The notes beneath the pieces are model-generated. The model worked only from the letters and a program-made list of their open reading frames with translations. It had not been told where the DNA came from and made no database searches. Below are positions 59,101 to 61,351 of a stretch of DNA of 61,351 nucleotides, one piece after another (the first letter of the stretch is position 1; each line of letters opens with the position of its first letter). Source of the DNA: an archaeon (GTDB lineage Archaea; Nanobdellota; Nanobdellia; Woesearchaeales; GW2011-AR9); assembly GCA_043812455.1 (NCBI GenBank), contig JBDRMB010000027.1, positions 1 through 61,351 on the forward strand, given 5' to 3'. The translations under genes were made by a program, and so were the position numbers.

Positions 59101-61351
59101 TGTAGTTGTTAACTGAAGTTGCATTTAATATTGGTGTTGAATGTGTTGGTGCAGTATTATTAACTACAAAACACCATTCTTGTGTTACATTGTCATTTCC
59201 AGCAGTATCATTTGCATAGAATTTCCAGCAGATATTTTCTCCTCTAGTGCAATTAATTGTTCTTGTTATATTGTGTATGCATGATGCATTACTTTCACAA
59301 TCTAATGTTGAAATATTTTCCATTGCACCACATGAAGAACCATTCCAGGAAAAGATTGAAGCATCTACACCTGTGTCATCTGACCAATTTATGCTAAACC
59401 ATACTGAATCGTTAAATTTAGTTGTTGAGGTGTAATTTGTTAGATTATCTTGCCATGCTGGTGCTGTTGAGTCTGGTGTTGTACAACTAGTTGATGTTCC
59501 TCCCGGATATAGTGCATTAAGAACAGGATCATAATCCACTGCACCTGCTGCTCCATTTTCATCATCGTCATATATCAAGGTGTCTATATCGGCACAAGCT
59601 GTTGTATCCCACCAATTGTTTTCCGCCGTTATTGTGTCTGATTGGTTGTTTATTAAACTATAATCTGATGAAAAGAAATTATTATTTGAGATATTATGAA
59701 TAGTGCTGTGGTTTAATAAATACAATCCCCATGTACTGCTGAAATTGTTTCCCTGTATTGTCCAGTTATCTGCTGCCTTCAGATACATACCAATAGTTAC
59801 ACTACTTTCAAATGTATTATTGATCACAATACTATCATTAAAGTTAACCCCCTGGTTAGTGCTTGTAGAGATAGCAGGAACACTAGCAAAAGGTAGATTT
59901 GTAAACCTATTGTTTGTTATTGTATCTGTTCCTAAAAATATAGATATTGCTGCCCCATTAAATAAATTATTATCAATAGTATGGCCCGCACTGAAAAGAA
60001 TTACCGGATCAACGATTGTATTATTTAAGAAATAAGAACCTGTTCCTGTAAAAGTTAATATTCCCCAATAATCTGCTCCAATATAACTATTTGTTATGTT
60101 ACAATTGTTTCCTACTACATATGCCGATATTCTATTATTTAATAAATTGCTATTTCTTATTACGTCACCATTACAATCTGCTGCTAGATAAAGTCCAGAA
60201 TTAGATGATGGTAGGCCTCCACCCCCATCATTGTAACCGACGTGCCTTATTGTTGAATTGTCTATAAAGAAATTAGATGAAGAAACTATCCAAGTATAAT
60301 AACCATTATTGGAATCTAATGCTTGCACAACTGAGTTGTTTGTTACATACATTGAACCAACATTATTTACTGTTATTCTATTGCTTCCATTGCTCGTTGT
60401 ATTTATGTTAAAGGTAGTATTGATTAATGTTAAATTTCCAGGAGCATATGAACCTGATGCGTTTTTGAAATCTGTATATGCTGAACCAAAATCACTTAAA
60501 TTGATGCTTCTTATTCTATGATCAATCCATGCCCCAGTTATATTTAAAACGGCCTCAATAATCTTATTGTCTGCACTGGTGTTAAAATAAATAGTTGCGT
60601 TTTCATTTAAATCCTCATTATAATCATGATTGCAAGTCGTACCATCAGTTATAGGAACATAATCATCTAATGTTTTATTATAACATAGTCCACCGACTCC
60701 AAATCCACCATCATTGATTACAAATAAAACATCTGTTCCCGGGAATCCGCCTGAATCTCCTGTGCTTAAGTTGTTATCTATATCAATAGCATAAAGCCAT
60801 GCATTTGAAGTAGAGTTCATCCATAGTTGAAGTTGGTGTGTTGATTCATTCATTATAATTTTGAAAACTTCAGAAGCATATTCGTTCCAATTATCTGTGT
60901 AACCTGTTTCATCATCAAGTGTATTTGGTGTACCATCAATAATTCCACCTTGATTATTGCTTAGATCAAATTCTCCATTATTAAAGTAAGAATCCGGTGC
61001 AGTTCCTGAACCGATTGTTATATTTCCATTTATTGTAACAACTTCATTTTGACAAATTACATTACTGGTTACATTAAATTTTCCAGAGCCAGTATATGCT
61101 CCACCACAATAAGTTGTTGGTGCTGCTAAAACAGTCAATGAATTGCTCCAGACAGTAGCACCATCTTCAGTACCATCATTTGGTGTGATTGTTGCGTTCC
61201 AGACTTCTCCAACATTTGTTTCCTGAGATACAATTAAATCAGTTCTGTTTTGGTATAATGCAAGGACTTGTTCTGCAGTTAATGAGATATTATAAATTTT
61301 AACTTCGTCAATTGTACCATTAATATTCTGAGTTGGGTCTAACCCCATACC
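50195..61351 (-). CDS. Giant surface protein (over 3,717 aa, 5'-truncated) with LamG, beta-helix and CxDxDGDG repeats
   Basis: Frame is open to the window edge and starts inside a LamG domain (GTIDEVKIYN.SL); two further LamG domains; NosD-like beta-helix repeats; three CxDxDGDGF...DCNDNNASI motifs. Confidence 0.88.
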   Translation of the reverse strand, partial: GMGLDPTQNINGTIDEVKIYNISLTAEQVLALYQNRTDLIVSQETNVGEVWNATITPNDGTEDGATVWSNSLTVLAAPTTYCGGAYTGSGKFNVTSNVICQNEVVTINGNITIGSGTAPDSYFNNGEFDLSNNQGGIIDGTPNTLDDETGYTDNWNEYASEVFKIIMNESTHQLQLWMNSTSNAWLYAIDIDNNLSTGDSGGFPGTDVLFVINDGGFGVGGLCYNKTLDDYVPITDGTTCNHDYNEDLNENATIYFNTSADNKIIEAVLNITGAWIDHRIRSINLSDFGSAYTDFKNASGSYAPGNLTLINTTFNINTTSNGSNRITVNNVGSMYVTNNSVVQALDSNNGYYTWIVSSSNFFIDNSTIRHVGYNDGGGGLPSSNSGLYLAADCNGDVIRNSNLLNNRISAYVVGNNCNITNSYIGADYWGILTFTGTGSYFLNNTIVDPVILFSAGHTIDNNLFNGAAISIFLGTDTITNNRFTNLPFASVPAISTSTNQGVNFNDSIVINNTFESSVTIGMYLKAADNWTIQGNNFSSTWGLYLLNHSTIHNISNNNFFSSDYSLINNQSDTITAENNWWDTTACADIDTLIYDDDENGAAGAVDYDPVLNALYPGGTSTSCTTPDSTAPAWQDNLTNYTSTTKFNDSVWFSINWSDDTGVDASIFSWNGSSCGAMENISTLDCESNASCIHNITRTINCTRGENICWKFYANDTAGNDNVTQEWCFVVNNTAPTHSTPILNATSVNNYTTDNLTVYNISTTDADGDSVKNIFNWYMNGTSLTVLNMPFEGGSTEGTTTPTNGTTKDYSPYQNNATIVANSTNSGPQWNSTGGYDGRGAYEFDGSDDYINLHNLNTKGTFDAEQDWSVTGWFKTPNSNQIQGAVFSNNYGDYELIRVMVNYGNLSIWVRDSNNQGPPSGLNVNINNNTWYFFAITHNFGGDIVFYINNTNVTQEDTFSGDFHAEALGEDYYLGRVRYNAGYTIFKYFNGTIDEVMIFNRSLSPEQVLALYQNRTDLIVSQETNKGGVWNATIIPNDGYEDGATVWSNSLTILNSPPAASNVVLNSTSGTNYTTENLTLYWDASDADNDAIKNINNWYMNGTPLTVLNMPFEGGSLDGTIVGTPNGAKDYSPYSNNGTVYKAPWNSTGGYDGKGAYEFDGDDYIKNNLGIITSYPFTFSAWVKTNSSTGQTIISIVDKDVDNILYWVGIGSTGSARISANNGTASSTIGWGTTYDDNEWHHIVGVFKNNTLKEMYADGSSLGTLTTDISYNSNVDSFSIGVKGDSSPSEYFNGTIDDVMIWNRSLSPEHILALYQNRTDLIVSNETNVGEVWNATVTLNDGTEDGTTVWSNSLTILETPSACTDSDGDGFNASGIDCGIIDCNDNNASILPPYNGMSIVNDTIVCNGTYYVNATVRVIQINSENLTLECNDTVIIGDGSGNGLDVDSKNNITIKGCTFYNYFNGMVLTNTINSNITNNSLYNMSYRGMDVNTVVNSTISYNTIKNISDVGIQLEITSTGNNIFGNDITNVSDGIVISDSSTRCNLYNNTITNTTGHGIAANSYYTNVTGNIIFNNGESGVNVVDDVANITINGNVIQSSNYGINVEPRSGNVTVFNNIISDCEEGITLSEAGEGIAVYNNTMNLRNGISIFNTGLTIHIYDNTINNTEVYAITLSNTSNSNITGNVIENCTVIGIDLGSSSNNNSISYNTINTTSENAIRIVNSNETIIANNVLHDGRIFLSSGERAFVRNNSITVDGIRINSNNNTIIENLLYGQSGGSGFIGILGDWNNVSDNTIFSGSPYSISLSGAYNNTVQENNLEEYMSIINSNDNNIIGNNISLTGIGITLNNASYNLLRENIVSNGSITLTGGTTSSEENILINNTINTTNSEDPKIVFSNTVSATNNIIYQESDGKINWTITLDSTKTENSSLSLGINPIITNNFISFTPSHNDSLLNRTATLTFYSVAGVTTPVAYRNGVACDSSICSNVTDLGGNNYQFNVTQFSNYSVSGACVDNDGDGFNATVIGCCTTNLNCDCNDNNASIIPPTAALTITADIMFCPGTYSLNTTEDLMAIANHNTVVECNSTIMVGNNSGTGTGIVANNRENITIRGCTWNNYGAGISVSGLNHLVYDNTVINASSNQAIRLTNLNHSNISGNFIINGTARGINLEGQNHNITISNNVIQHLASSGILLQTGTSNISIFNNNITNATAVGIRLNYAGEGNLIYDNILVSSGIWASNTAYTVQIYDNRINHTQGNLQLTNTNNSIVTRNTLFNVSSGISVDDSQNNTVSNNIIWSASVGGISLNSCLDIFLYNNTVSYSSTAITVQTTNNSNITGNNIHDNPATGIELRSSSNNNIISSNIIYNISGYAVYLHQGSANNSILNNNMNNISTDVIKFYTAGSGNLIQGNIFNQDTTAISLNFVNDTKIISNTMNHTILPIYSNTGSNITISNNIIYNATNPDSIFLTGEDYLVYNNTITRSSGNQIMLLIVNNSNITGNKIYNCSARAIRLMYGANINNTISYNIIENIIPGVGGIALNGQVVNNLIFNNNITNSTSGGISLTNVIERNIIYDNVLNNSPLDLYNSSNNLIYSNIIIDSSINLNPTATDPSMNNTFINNTINTTNPNDFKFRIGNAASATNNIVYQNSDGKINWTITLSSEKTEISTLELNVNPTISNNFLSFTPSGSSSLLNTNATITFYNIINLNANPVIYRNGSLCSSSICSNVEDLGGNDYRFNVTSFSNYTIMNGTTCTDSDGDGFNSTGGSCGVADCNDNNASIFPPSVGMSIVNDTILCNGTYYLNATGDGLITVSGENLTLKCNQTTMIGNTSGNGLYIPNRNNVTIKDCTWNNYNDAIVFSGTNNIITNNTIYHTSSYGISQDGGTGNTISDNTIINTTNEGIYLELTSTGTNIFGNNLTNSSLSVTDSSTGCNVYDNTLSDITGDAMIIDSNNNVTSNTIIKVGGTAIDMLDGRTNITIENNIIQHVSSGINMEGTCTNITIANNIINNGTKGIDLTGVDILVYNNNITNITESGIEIESSNYTNVTGNTITATATGIYVHTNSISSIIHDNKLENLSGNAIFLQNTGSSNKLFGNTINTTGNDAITIDNSSDTNVTDNTIFDGRIYLVTSERILVKNNSLTNDGIIVDSNNNTIIENTLSGTLSTGYIGINSDWNNITNNTVDNKAATYSIYLNSGHNNTIQDNTLLSYMFALNSHNNNIIENNITVPGSNSLIIRGSDYNLIKNNIIYGGPVWIHDSGATPDENILFNNTINTSDPATNKIQITARGSLFTNYVAYENQNGAINWTVTLSLTNTEQAELGIGINPIITNNFLSFTPNPSNGILNRTATLTFYNVAGISTPTAYRDGTICDVSICSAVTDLGGNNYQFNVTQFSNYSVGNASTTYNITVWIDNVETDQFNRTAVPHRVLVNITQNGLPSGNITVGIAEQNGRNFVFPLVETGNNFEALVTNLTNSSGLVEFIIAPTRYNNESPYNISVNIYSGGGVTQSKNLSLSSDALSLGTEVVGKTLPGINILKNNMESWLSLTLFMKSWVNDGKGVYQSINVSQVGGSSTTLSPIQVGAINVINITLLNSSNQSVSGTLTPLEDYGWLLHASTSPSANNHSTQLTNFNITNLLYTMGTLYNVDANYSIAVYNETGELVTTLYFEQNDTLREPTDSDYSIATTVKNTLNNQFESFLSVALNIRESLLESS
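51140..57290 (-). repeat. Three tandem super-repeats of about 2 kb inside the giant gene
   Basis: Each unit has a CxDxDGDG motif, a beta-helix, then INWT...SFTP...ATLTFY...DLGGNNYQFNVTQFSNY; boundaries approximate (about 51140, 53100, 55320, 57290). Confidence 0.75.

Noticed and set aside
2200-60521. Short antisense or alternate-frame ORFs in the track (for example 2200-2385, 12545-12886, 24503-24931, 42669-42950, 54999-55331)
   Set aside because: They lie within well-supported longer genes, have biased shadow-frame composition and show no motifs.
57300-61325. Diversity-generating retroelement TR/VR pair
   Set aside because: The repeated segments differ at various bases rather than specifically at adenines, all lie in frame as domain duplications, and no reverse transcriptase is in the window.
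1-61351. CRISPR array or cas genes
   Set aside because: No regularly spaced repeat-spacer array and no cas motifs seen.

Overview
AT-rich archaeal chromosomal segment. Archaeal origin is supported by ribosomal protein L10e, class I LysRS, a NOG1 GTPase, a Hel308-type helicase and tRNAs with BHB introns. A DPANN/Woesearchaeota-like origin is my inference. The window holds about 55 CDSs, four tRNA genes that all carry introns (Phe 2, Ala 1, Ile 3, Leu 2), one IS5-family element, a probable cassette inserted at the 5' end of tctA, several bacterial-type genes (class II RNR, RlmH, TrpRS, XseAB) and a 5'-truncated giant surface protein gene (over 3,700 aa). The best candidate for an undescribed system is two free-standing LAGLIDADG endonuclease genes with the same layout: a 22-bp box (MCCACAYAYCCACTGGWCARGT), exactly 9 bp, a TATA box, a 5'-UTR hairpin over the translation start region, the ORF, then an abutting tRNA gene with a non-canonical 30/31 intron. 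One ORF reads into the tRNA and takes its stop codon from that intron. The other is flanked by an orphan tRNA 3' end. A third copy of the box, at the same spacing, precedes an operon of a degenerate-HD YhaM-like gene and exonuclease VII. This suggests endonuclease-driven homing of intron-bearing tRNA alleles and/or a nuclease regulon, both unproven. Other leads are two structured non-coding elements, a trpS gene coupled to a HisRS-core paralog, a half Hel308 gene and a C-terminal module shared by surface proteins. All family assignments come from motif recognition by eye; no searches were run.
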